In this document: positions 1 to 30,365 of the stretch, piece after piece
Position numbering within the stretch: the first letter of the stretch is position 1
Layout: each line of letters begins with the position of its first letter
DNA from: Piromyces finnis finn
Taxonomy: Eukaryota; Fungi; Neocallimastigomycota
Assembly: GCA_002104945.1 (NCBI GenBank)
Contig: MCFH01000001.1
Span: 2,542,001-2,606,000 of the forward strand
Length of the DNA: 64,000 nucleotides
Direction: 5' to 3'
Notes under the pieces: model-generated
The model's database searches: none
What the model was told of the DNA's origin: nothing
The model's input: the letters and a program-made list of their open reading frames with translations, nothing else
Made by a program: the position numbers and the translations under genes

Positions 1-2003
1 TATTAAAAAAAAGAGTTCTTTCTTATTAATCATAGTTAATGAGAAATATGAAATAAAAACATCACTTTTTATTCAAGTCTCTTTCTATAGAAATATATAT
101 ATATATAAAAGAAAAGTTAAAATATACAATTCTTTATTCTTATTTATTATTTTAAAAAATTTTATAAAAGAATAGGTAGAATTCGATTCATGAATACATT
201 TTATATCACAGAAATAAGCAATTGTTGGAATATTAAAAAGGGATACAAATCATATAACAATAACATTACTTTATATTAATTATAAAAAAATAAGTAATAT
301 ATAAAACTATATATATTTTATATACAATGAATTTATTCTATATAGGGTAATTTATAAAAAATTATTTCTTAGTTTAAATAATAGTATAATATAATATAAT
401 ATAGTATATTTATATAATTATATATGAATTTTATCAATTCTAATTTAATTTAAATATTGTTTTCCCTTCTATTTTTTGATATGTACTCTTTTTTTATAAT
501 TTATTAATATATTAATTAAATTAAATGAATATTGTTGTACAAATAAATAAATATATTAATTTAATGAATCATTAATTTTTTTAAATTAAAAAAAGAACTT
601 TATTGTTTATTAAAAAGAATGAAAAATTTTCCAATAAAGAATTTTAAAGTTTAATTTTTTATCCAAAATTTCAATTTCCATGCTTATTTTTACATTAAAA
701 TGTGGTGGGTGTTTTAGGTTTTAATAAAAAATCTGTAAGAACAAAAAAATAGATTATCATGAAATTTAGTATAAGAAAAATAATAATAAAAAAAAAAAGA
801 ATGAAATGTCGATAAATACAATAAAAATCATTCTTAATAATGAAAGAAAATTTGCTTAATGATTAGAATAATTAAATTGCAAAAAATAATCATGACAATA
901 AATAATAAAATAATAAAATAAAAAAAAATGAAATAGAATATAAAAATATTGTTTAATATTCTTTATTCTAATACCTTTCTTTTATTTAATTTTATTTTTT
1001 TGCATGATTATTTAAAGCTATTTAATTATTATAAAGAATGATTGTTTTATATACCATTTTAAATTTTATCATTATTAATATTACTATCAATAGTAAAGAA
1101 AATCTTCAATATCATTATTAATGATTTTAAACCTAATATTCTATTACTATTAATCATACAATACTATAAATGTTGTATATTTTTGTTATCTAAACGATAA
1201 TAATAATTATTTATATAAAAGGGTAATTTTTATAACATGTCTGGGTTAGATTAACATCCAAGGTTAAAATTATTATTTTTAAAATTTGAATGAAAATAAA
1301 TTTTTATGAAAGGAAAAAGTTTGGATGAAAATTTAAAAAACGGACTACCGCCGTTTCCTTTTTTATATTTTAATTAAAAAATTTTTTTTAATTAAAATTC
1401 TTCCTAATTATAAAATTATTATATACCAAGAAAAAGGTTGATGGAAATTTTACTTTTATTGGCATGGTTAAAACAACAGGATGATAACCTTTTGAAGATT
1501 AAGCAAAAAGTATATACATTTTATATTCAATATTTGTAGAAACTGTTCCTTTTTTACTATTCAATTATTTAAATAATTATATATATATTCAACTATATAA
1601 ACTTATTTGTTAAAGCATATAATAACTTTTAATTAAAAATTCTAGCTAGGGTTTTTATTAATATTTTTTTTTTAATATGGTTTACTAAATTAATAACACT
1701 TTTTATCAATAAATATTTATTAAAAATGAATTTCAAAGTTTTTTTTTGTTTTATTTTATATTTATTATTTTATTATAGTAATTATAATTTTTTACATGGT
1801 ATATAATTATTAATATTATGAATGATATAAAATATCATTTTATATATATTAATACATTATTAAAGTAATTAATTATAATTTACTTTGGTATATTTTCGTT
1901 TTGTTTTAGTTTAAAAGGGTATAATAATATTCATTATATATATATATACACCTTGACATTTGCTTATTTTTTATTTTTTTTGCAATTATAATGGATAACT
2001 AGC

Positions 2004-2132
2004 TTATTTGCTACCGGATTTATCTCTTGGTTGCATTATATTATGACCATGATTACCCTTAAAATTGGTGTGTTTTGCTTCTCTAGTATCCTTTGGATGT
2101 TGTTGGAAATTTTGCTTTGTTGAGCTTGGCAT
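2004..2132 (-). CDS. Candidate 42-aa microprotein (MPSSTKQNFQQHPKDTREAKHTNFKGNHGHNIMQPRDKSGSK), below the ORF-track cutoff
   Basis: Hand translation: ATG at 2132-2130 in context AATTCAAG-ATG, TAA at 2006-2004. It is a GC-richer island in very AT-rich flanks and uses AAG/CCA/GGT/TCC/CAC codons like the CE1 gene. Confidence 0.6.
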   Translation of the reverse strand: MPSSTKQNFQQHPKDTREAKHTNFKGNHGHNIMQPRDKSGSK

Positions 2133-3926
2133 CTTGAATTTTAATAAGAATTGAAAATGTATTTAAAAAAATAAAAGCTTTATTTATTTAAATATAACAA
2201 TAATTTATAATATGATTTATTATATAAATTATAATGAAAAAAAAAGACATATTTTACTCTATTTATATTTTTTTCATATTATTAATTATATTATTTAAAT
2301 ATTATATAAAAAAAAAAGTAAATTAAAATTTATATTTTATTAAATAAAATAATAAAACTAAAATATAATATTAAGAGTATATTATAATTTACAATAAAAA
2401 AATAAATAATAATTCTATCTATACTTGTCTATGATTACTAATAATAGAAAATAAAAAAAAATGTATAGATTTTACTAAACCGTAAAACTAAAAAAGATAT
2501 CAAAATTCTAAATAGTAATTAATTAAATTTTTATTATAATAATTAAATAATTTTTTTTAAAGTTACCAGTAACTAAAAATACTTTGATAGTTTTTCCTCC
2601 AAATTTATGATTGGAAAATTAGTTTTTAATATCTATTTTTATTTTTTGAGGTTTAGTAAAAAGAATAAATAATAGTGACATACATTAATAATGGATTTTA
2701 CTAGTAATATATCTATTAACTTTATACTTTTAAAAATACATTATTTATTAAAACTCTAAATATAGAAATTAGGTAATAGCAAAATAAAAACTCTATAAAA
2801 TTAATTAATATAATAATTCAATTATCAATTATAGTAATTAGTTAAAATATTTAAATAAAAAATCAAATATTCTATCAATTTTATTTTAAAGTATTTATAA
2901 ATATTATTTCCTTGGCTATTAAATTAATGATTTCTTAATTTTTTTAAGATTATTATTGACTTTATAAATAGTATTTTTATTAATTTCATTTTTGTAGCGT
3001 TCATAGAAAGTACATATTGTGTGTTTAATTACAGACATTATTGTTGCATATTCTTCATTATTGTTAATATTACATGACTTAACTTTTAATGAATTATTAA
3101 TAAGTGTAGAACCCTGATAATGCCCTAAAAGTCATACAACTATGAGAATAATTAATACTAGATGAATATTTTTTTTTATCACTAGAAAGTGAAAGGATTT
3201 GACTTTTTGTAATATTAATTGAATATTGAACAGTAAATCAAGATTCGTTATTATTCAATATTATACATATTTTATGAATCATTTGGGGCTTCTAAGAAAC
3301 ATAAGTTAATTGAATTAATTCTTTCTTCTTTTAAATTAATAAAAGTGATATTCATTAATTCTTCATTAAATATTAAATAAATACCATTTAATTTAATATC
3401 GTATTTATTTAATATCAATTCCTATTTATTTTTTCATATAAATAAATATTAAAGATAGGTTTATTTTTATAAAATATAAAGTATTTTATTAATATATTAA
3501 TACATTTTAGATATGTACTTTAAATAATTTTAAATAATCATCTCATTCTTTATCAAAAAATGCCTTGTTTTTCTTTAATATTATTAAAGTGAATTTCTTA
3601 ACCTTTTAAAATTATTAATATATTTATTGAATTGAATGCTTTATAATTAAATTTCTTATATTGATTCAATAGATCATAACCACCATCATCATTCCTTAAT
3701 TTTATTCAAAGACAACAAAAAGTTTTTTGGTTTTTTTTTTTTTTCTAAAATATTTATTTTATAGAATAGATCAAACTTAACCATCATCCTTAATTTATAT
3801 TTAAACACATAAAAAAGTTTTTTTTCGAAAAATATAATTTACTTTATAGAATATTAAATAAAATAATAGTATTAATATTACTATGTATTATTATTGGTTT
3901 TAATTCTACATAAAAATATTAAACTT

Positions 3927-4030
3927 GATATATGATTTATTCTATATTGTAATATTCCTTTTTTTTTCTTTTATTTTAGATATATGATTTATTCTATATT
4001 GTAATATTCCTTTTTTTTTCTTTTATTTTA
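3927..4030. repeat. Perfect 52-bp tandem duplication
   Basis: gatatatgatttattctatattgtaatattcctttttttttcttttatttta at 3927-3978 and again at 3979-4030. Confidence 0.9.
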
Positions 4031-4836
4031 AAGTTATTTTGTTTAAATCATGATATTATAAATAGTTCTAGAGTTTCCAAATTCTCAATTATTAATTTTT
4101 TTAATTATATATATTAAAAACATTAGCATTAATTTAGAATTAATTTAGAATTATTATTTCTTTAAATTTTATTTTTTTTTTATTTTTTCTATATTTTATA
4201 TAATATTAATTTTAAATAAATATTTGGTTTTTTATAAATTATATTATTTTATCTCTTAATGAATTAATATTAATATTTATCTTTGATTTTTTGCGATTTT
4301 AATCAGACTTTTTGTCCAGAAGAAATTCAATCTTAGCCAGCTATACTAGGAAATTTTCATTATATAGAATTAATTAGAAATGTTATATAAAATATAAAAT
4401 TTAACATTAAGAGTTTTCTGGCGTTTTAAATAATTTAAATATTATTATAAACTTTTATTATTTATAAAGTTTGTATAAATAAAATATCATCGAAAAAAAA
4501 TTGTTAAAATAATTCTTCACTATTGGGTTGAAAATACTTCCATATCTACACTTTATAAAAAGAATAAAAGCAAATATTATTTTTATATTTATAAGATGAT
4601 CTAATCTGAAATAGATAGATATTCCTTCTTCTAATTAAACTTTTTGTATTTAAATATATATTATCATTATTAACTAAATATTTTAGATATTTTTTTATAC
4701 ACTTTTTTCTTTCATTATATAATATTTAATATTCAAAAATAAAATATATACAAGATAATTTTTTTTTATTTCTAAAATAAAATAATATTTCAATTAAATT
4801 TGTAAATGCTTTAATTAGAAAATATTATTTGTTTTT

Positions 4837-7644
4837 TTAGGCAAGGTTAAGAATACCAACTCTATAACCGAGGTTATCATAATAAGTATTATAATTACCG
4901 AATTTAATATCAACACCTGTTCTTGGATCATGAACATTAAAGAAAATAGTGTAGCTTTTTCCCTTTAATTTTGAATATTGTTGACTTAAATCAACAGAAA
5001 GAGTAACTGTTTTGACATATGTATTACCTTGTTTGATAAATCCCCATTTTCTGTTATCGGATTGTATATTTAATTCTATTTCTTGGGATGGTGATGTAGA
5101 TCTTAAAATAACCTTAGTATTAAAAGATACATAGGCAGGTGCGAAACCAACATTTTCAACAACAATATTTAAAACATTTGTAGAAAGTAATTTACTACTT
5201 CTAATAACATATCTGTATCCTAAATTGTTAGCAATATATTCTTTACCATTAAGATTCCAATTTGGTTTGTTAACATACTTGGCTGTAGTTTTAGCCCAAT
5301 GATTAAATAATCTTTGGTCATATTCATAATTTAAATAGGTTAAATGAATATTTCTTGCATGAGCTTCAGAAACATAAAAGTTAATATATGTTTTAGGAGA
5401 TTTCAAAATTGAATTAACTGTGTTTAAATCAGAAACGTTTGTATAACTATCAACAACATTTGCATTAAATACACCCTCACCACCGTTTGGTACAGTTAAA
5501 CATAATTCATTTTGATATTGAACTTCTTGTGATCTGTAGGCATTAACATCACCATTATTAATATTGATATCAGTGTTACCATAGGTACCATAATCAGTTT
5601 CACTGTAGAATAAACCATCATTATATAAACCAGCTCTGCTTACAAAGGATGAATATCTAGATGATGTTTTCATATTATTTTTGACACCTCTGTTAAAACG
5701 TGGGGTTCTTACACTTAAAAAGATAGATGGATCAAAGTTTCTTTCAATAGTTTTCATGATTTGAGTTAAACTATTTAAATCAAGATAATTTGAATGATGC
5801 ATTTCACCAAAAGTACCAACAAAAGAACCTTGATAAATATAAATTAAGTTTTTGTATTTATTAACTATACTTGCAAGTTGAACAATATGAGTAAAAATAA
5901 CATTGATATCGTCTGGTTCGATTTCATAAGTAGTATATAATTGACAACCAGTACTTGGCTTGAATTGATAAATACAATATGTGTTAACTACTTTTTGTTT
6001 TATACATTTTGATGAATCACTAGGTGATTTTTCGGTACATTGATAGTAAGAAATTTTTTTAAGTTCCTTGGCTACACTAAGATTAGATTTACTTAAATCG
6101 CTAACAGTAGCATTTTTAATAATAAAGTCATCTCTTATACTAGCTCTATTTGATATTCTATTATTTTCAATCAATCTTGTTTTATTTAATTTGTCATTTA
6201 TAAAAACGGAATTTTTAACATAATCTTCTAATTCTTCACGTTTAAGATTTAATTCATGATATTTGTTGTAATAACGTTCATTAAGATATCTTTCTTTATA
6301 TTCTAATTTCTTTTGACTTTCTTCATCTAATTGAATTTGTTCAGCATTGTTGAAAAGGACAAGATCATTTTCATCATTAATATAACCAATTTCTTGCTTA
6401 TTTTCAACAATATATTCAATATCTTCAGTTGGTTCAGTTTCTTCATCTTCTACTTGCATAACTTCAGCGGTTTCTTCTTCTTCTTCGGAAATTGGGCTTT
6501 CATTAAGAATATTTGGATTGTATATTTGTTGAATATATTGGAAATCTTCATAACTGACATGTAAATGACCATCATCTACTTGACTAAATTTACCTTCGGT
6601 ATCGGAATCATTTTTTTCATCTTCATCTATACCTGAAATAATTGGATCGAAAGAATCAGATTTTGTTTTACAATTATTCTCACCATCATAATAGAATCTT
6701 AAAATAACTTGTGTTGTTGGATCTATGGTTTCTTGTCTTTTTTTATATTCATTTAATAAATTATCTAAAGCTGCAAGGGCCTTTTCTGAAATTTTTCTGT
6801 CTCTAAATTCAGCTAATCTAACACCAAGATATTGTAATCCTTTATCATATTTTTGAACTTGATGGAATCTATTGATAAAGTTACAATCAAGTTCTGGATA
6901 ATCGTTTAAATCAATGGTAACTGCACCATGGAACCATCCTCTGTAAGGGTTAGTTAATTCTTGATCATATTCACCCATAGTAAGTGGTGTGTAATAAACA
7001 TTTTGAGTTGAAGAAATTTTTGTAGTTGTTGTAGTCTTTTTAGTTGTGGTAGTAGTTTTTTTAGTTGTGGTAGTAGTTTTTTTAGTTGTGGTAGTAGTTT
7101 TACTTGCACTATAGTTTGATGAAAGAGTTGTAAACTTCCAATGTTGATATAAATTTGAGCTATTACAAATATACATTTTTGTTTTAATTACATAAGAATT
7201 TCTTACTGATGCATCATTAATATATGATAAATCCTCATCTAAAATACTCATACATAAACTATTATTATCAGTTGTCCAAATAGATTCTTGACTTTTTGAA
7301 TTTAATATGTTACCCATATTAGTTTTGTATTTTGAACATGAACTAGTATTAACTGTTCCATTATCCTTTATATATAAACAAACATTGGTATCATATTTAT
7401 TTACATAATAACCACTTCCTGATTTTGGTACAATCCATTGTTGTCTTATATCACTAGTATTACAATTAGTAAGTCTGGCTGTATAGTCTAAAGCTTTATA
7501 AGCTAAACAAAGATTTGTATTTGTGTTTTTAATGTTTACTACATTATTACTAGCACTATAATATTCACAGTAAACATTATTTATAAATAATGCACATAGA
7601 GAAATAAATGTCACAGATTTATTAATAAATGAAAAGTTCCACAT
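4837..7644 (-). CDS. Secreted protein: signal peptide, ricin-B (CBM13-like) lectin domain, Thr/Lys linker, DUF4874-like and DUF4832-like putative glycoside-hydrolase region
   Basis: 935-aa intronless ORF. Hydrophobic N-terminus; QxW-type repeats (RQQWIVP, ESIWT, YQHWKF) with paired Cys; (KTTTTTK)n linker; LTNPYRGWF, ILRFYY, HIVQL, QGSFVGTFGEMHHS, LSVRTP, GLYNDG, GGEG, HLTYLN, LGYRY and NVGFAP motifs recalled from DUF4874/DUF4832 proteins. Confidence 0.8.
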   Translation of the reverse strand: MWNFSFINKSVTFISLCALFINNVYCEYYSASNNVVNIKNTNTNLCLAYKALDYTARLTNCNTSDIRQQWIVPKSGSGYYVNKYDTNVCLYIKDNGTVNTSSCSKYKTNMGNILNSKSQESIWTTDNNSLCMSILDEDLSYINDASVRNSYVIKTKMYICNSSNLYQHWKFTTLSSNYSASKTTTTTKKTTTTTKKTTTTTKKTTTTTKISSTQNVYYTPLTMGEYDQELTNPYRGWFHGAVTIDLNDYPELDCNFINRFHQVQKYDKGLQYLGVRLAEFRDRKISEKALAALDNLLNEYKKRQETIDPTTQVILRFYYDGENNCKTKSDSFDPIISGIDEDEKNDSDTEGKFSQVDDGHLHVSYEDFQYIQQIYNPNILNESPISEEEEETAEVMQVEDEETEPTEDIEYIVENKQEIGYINDENDLVLFNNAEQIQLDEESQKKLEYKERYLNERYYNKYHELNLKREELEDYVKNSVFINDKLNKTRLIENNRISNRASIRDDFIIKNATVSDLSKSNLSVAKELKKISYYQCTEKSPSDSSKCIKQKVVNTYCIYQFKPSTGCQLYTTYEIEPDDINVIFTHIVQLASIVNKYKNLIYIYQGSFVGTFGEMHHSNYLDLNSLTQIMKTIERNFDPSIFLSVRTPRFNRGVKNNMKTSSRYSSFVSRAGLYNDGLFYSETDYGTYGNTDININNGDVNAYRSQEVQYQNELCLTVPNGGEGVFNANVVDSYTNVSDLNTVNSILKSPKTYINFYVSEAHARNIHLTYLNYEYDQRLFNHWAKTTAKYVNKPNWNLNGKEYIANNLGYRYVIRSSKLLSTNVLNIVVENVGFAPAYVSFNTKVILRSTSPSQEIELNIQSDNRKWGFIKQGNTYVKTVTLSVDLSQQYSKLKGKSYTIFFNVHDPRTGVDIKFGNYNTYYDNLGYRVGILNLA

Positions 7645-10609
7645 TTTCTAATAATTATATTCAATTATAAATTCATTTAATATTCTTTAATAATTTCCAT
7701 AATTTTTATTATAACTAAATATATAAATTATTAGTTTAATAATTTATTATATTTATTTTTTTAAGATTTTAAAGAGAAATATTGGTTCTTATATATATAT
7801 ATTATGAGTATTAAAATAATAATTAAAAATAATAAAAAAAAAAACTTTTTCTTTTCTTTTTTTTTTTTTTTGGAAATATACTCTAAAATTATGCTACTTT
7901 ATATAATAAAGTTATATATAGTTTTTAAAATAGAAATAAGAATAATTAAAATTGATTTTACTGTTATTTTTGATAATGTATCTAATTTTAAGTATTTTAT
8001 ACATTTTATAATGTTAAAACTCAGAAGTAGTTGTTCTTTTATATTAGAGTAGTAGCCAGCTTTTTAGCTTTACTATAATAATACAATTTTTATTACATTA
8101 AACTTTTCAATAAAGATAAAAATATAAATAAAATATTTAGAATTAAAATAAAAAATAATAATAATACTATACTTTTTTTTTATTTATAACTGTTTTAATA
8201 ATATTTTTGTAATATAGAAAATTTATTTTATCCTTTTAATACTACTACTAATAATAAATTAATGGTGTACCTTTTTCATGATCATATCTCAGAACTTAAT
8301 GAAATTATTTTTTAATGCTAAAATACTATATAGTTGAATATTCGATTTAATATCTGAATTTCATTTTATTATTATTTTGAAGTTTTAATAAAAAAATATA
8401 TATATATATAATTAATAATAAATAAAAAATTATAATAATTATAGATATTACTAAAATTTATATAAATAATATGAAATAGAATTACTCTCTTCATATAAAC
8501 TTTTAAATAATAATTGTAATGTCTTTTATTTTTATAAGATTTAATAATAGTAAGATTATGAATTAAAATAACTAAAAAAATGAATATATTTAATCGATCT
8601 TAATGAATAAAGTTTTGAAAAAAACTATTATAATCATAATAGTATTTTTAAAATTTAATAATAATTAAAGTTTATTAAACATATTTTTAATAACCATAAA
8701 GGTTTCTATAATGATTATATATAAAAATAAAAGTAATAAACTTTTTTTGAATGAGTAACCTTAAAATATAATTCATTTTATTTTAAAAATTAGAGAATAG
8801 ACTACAGAGTTTTTATATTTATTTAATATTTTATATTTATGAAGTGCATTTAGTTCAAGTTTACTTTGTTTTTTCAAAGTAAGTTCATTTTATCACACTT
8901 TTTTTTTATACTATCAAAAAGATAATTCATATATTTTAAAATTTTTATTCATCTTTACCTTGGTAACAATAATGGGTTTATGCATCTAATAAAATAATTA
9001 AAAGGGAATAATGTTAATTATTAAGAATACTTTTATATAATAAAATTTATTTAAAGATTTTATAAATAAAGGTATTAATTATTAAAATAATATAATGATA
9101 ATTTTTAAAAAAAATATTGTTAATAATAAAATAAAACAATATTAAAATATAAAATAATAATTTTGGAGTGAAGGGGGTTTTTTTTAAAGAAAATTAAAAA
9201 CTGAATATATATTTATTTTTTTGGAACAAATATTTATTAACTTTATTTTAAAATATAAAATAGAAATTTAAAGCTGTAATACCATTTTTTTAACATATGC
9301 AATTAATATTTTTTAGAAACAAAATAATACATCATTAATAAAATGATAAAGACATACATTATTATTTTATAATAACTTTATTGAATTTATTTTATGTTTA
9401 AAAATTACATGAATAAAAAATATATATATATAAATATTTACTATTTTCATTTTTCTATAACCAAATATTAATTATAAGTATAAAGGTTGAATATATTAAA
9501 TATATTTTTCAATTCATAAATAAATTCCTAGAATTATAATATCAAAATAAGCAAATGCAATAAAATAAATATAAAAATATTATTTTTATTTTATAATCTT
9601 TAAACTTTTTGAATTTAAATCACATAATAAAAATAATATTATATATTTAATAATAAATATTTTATTTATTAATTAAAAGTTTTATAAAAACATTTCTGTT
9701 ACTTTGCATTATTTAAATATAAGATGTTTTATTTATAATTAATAAAATATTATATGAATATTTTTTTTTAAAAAAAAAAAGTGATTTTAAACATTTTTTA
9801 TCTAAATTAATTATTATTTAATAAAAGAGAATTTCTTTTTTCCATTAATAAATAAAAAATTTTTAAAATATTTTATAAAAAAAAATTATTTTGTCAAAAA
9901 AAGACTATAATTTATAATGTTATCAAAATAATGTCTACAACAAAATAAACCGCATCTCAAAATATTTTGTGTATCTATCTGGTTTGAGAATGTATGCCAC
10001 CTAAATGTAAATAAAGTTGATAAACTTTATATTAAAAAAATAGAACTCATTCGAATTTTTATATTTTATATCTTCTGTGTCCAATTTATCAGAATATTTT
10101 GACCTTGAAATTGGTTATTTTACGGTCGTTTGTTTTTTTTTATTATAAGAATGTCCATTTTTTTTATAAACAAAAAATTATTAAACAAAAACATTATAAT
10201 TCCTGGCATCCATAAAACTATATTTTATTATTATTTTTAGGTAAAAGAGAACTTAAATTAATACTGAAAATAAAATATTCTTTTTTTAAGATAATTTGTT
10301 ATATCCACATTTATTATAAAATTTTCTTTTGAAGATATTTTCATTGCATAAAAAAAAAATTAATTTAAAAATGTAACTTAAAAAATGGTCATTCGAATTT
10401 TTATAAATAAATGAAAATGGAAAAATAAATGTATATATTTTTATTTTTGCTTTTGTTTTATTTTATTTTCTTTATAAAATAAAAATTGTTAATAAAGAAA
10501 TATTTGTACAGTATAAATATCTTTCTATTATTATTTTCATTGTAATATAATAGAAAGTATCAAATATTAATTATCTATCCTTTTTATCTTCTTATTAAAT
10601 GAAATAAAA

Positions 10610-29329
<18,720 letters not shown>

Positions 29330-30365
29330 ATAAAATAATATTTTTTTTTTACAATTGATAATATATTGAATATAACAGTAATAATAAAATTTAACTAATG
29401 TAATAAAAAAAATTCAAAATATATAAATATAAAATTAATGTAAATTTTTATGTTGAAGCATGTATATAATTATTTAAAATAAAAAAAATAACATTAAAAT
29501 ATACTATTTAATTAGTTTTTTTTTTTTTAGAATTATAATATTTTTTTTAAATTTTTTTACATATAATCTTTTAATATTTTTATTTTTTAAGGTAAAAAAG
29601 CTTTCAAAAATTTAATGCAATACTTTCAACATTCACTAAAATAATTTGATTATAAAAAGATGATTACATTAAAAATGTAGTATATAATTATATATATTAT
29701 TTGTAATTTAAAAAAAAAGTATTAAATAAGATAAATTAAATTTTGTTTAAAAAACATGTATAATACAAACTTTTTTATATATATTTAATATATCAAAATA
29801 TTTTTCTTTATAGAACACTTTTTAAAAAATATGTTATGACTAATACAATTTTTTATTACACTCTGGTTAATAACAAGGGATATTAGTTTTTTTAATTCAT
29901 TCATATATGAAATATAAAAATTAAAAATAATAATTAAAAATACTTTAAAAAAAATTTTTTATTAATTTATTCTTTATTTTATTGGATCAAATTCTTATTT
30001 TTGTTTTTTTACCTGTCCGTTTTATTAAGTTTATTAAGGAAAAAAAAAAAAGATTTATTTTTAACCTTTTTTTTCTGTCTATTATTCTTTTTATTTTTTT
30101 TTTAAATAAAAAAATTTCATTCATAAAAAAGATAAATTAAAAAAAATTAATTAAATATTTTTTTTTAAAAAATAATTTATTAATTAAAAATAAAATAAAT
30201 GAATAAATGTAAAATAAAATAGAAAAAATCAATTAAAAAGTAAAGGTATAAAACTATAAAATCTTAAATATCATTTTAAAAATAAATATAAAAATGAAAT
30301 TTTTAATTTTTTTCTTTTTACTTTTTAAATTTTAAAATCAAAAAAAAAAAAAAAAAAAAAAAAAA

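Noticed and set aside
1338-1365. aaacgg-actaccg-ccgttt hairpin followed by a T run, resembling a bacterial terminator
   Set aside because: Short A/T-aided stem in eukaryotic DNA with no supported upstream gene.
7804-8052. Small AT-rich ORFs (7804, 42022, 45085, 63468)
   Set aside because: F/I/K/L-rich composition expected from random AT-rich sequence; no motifs.
30340-30365. Poly-A run just before the sacsin-like ATG as a retroposition mark
   Set aside because: It lies 5' of the gene, not 3'; long A runs are common throughout this window.
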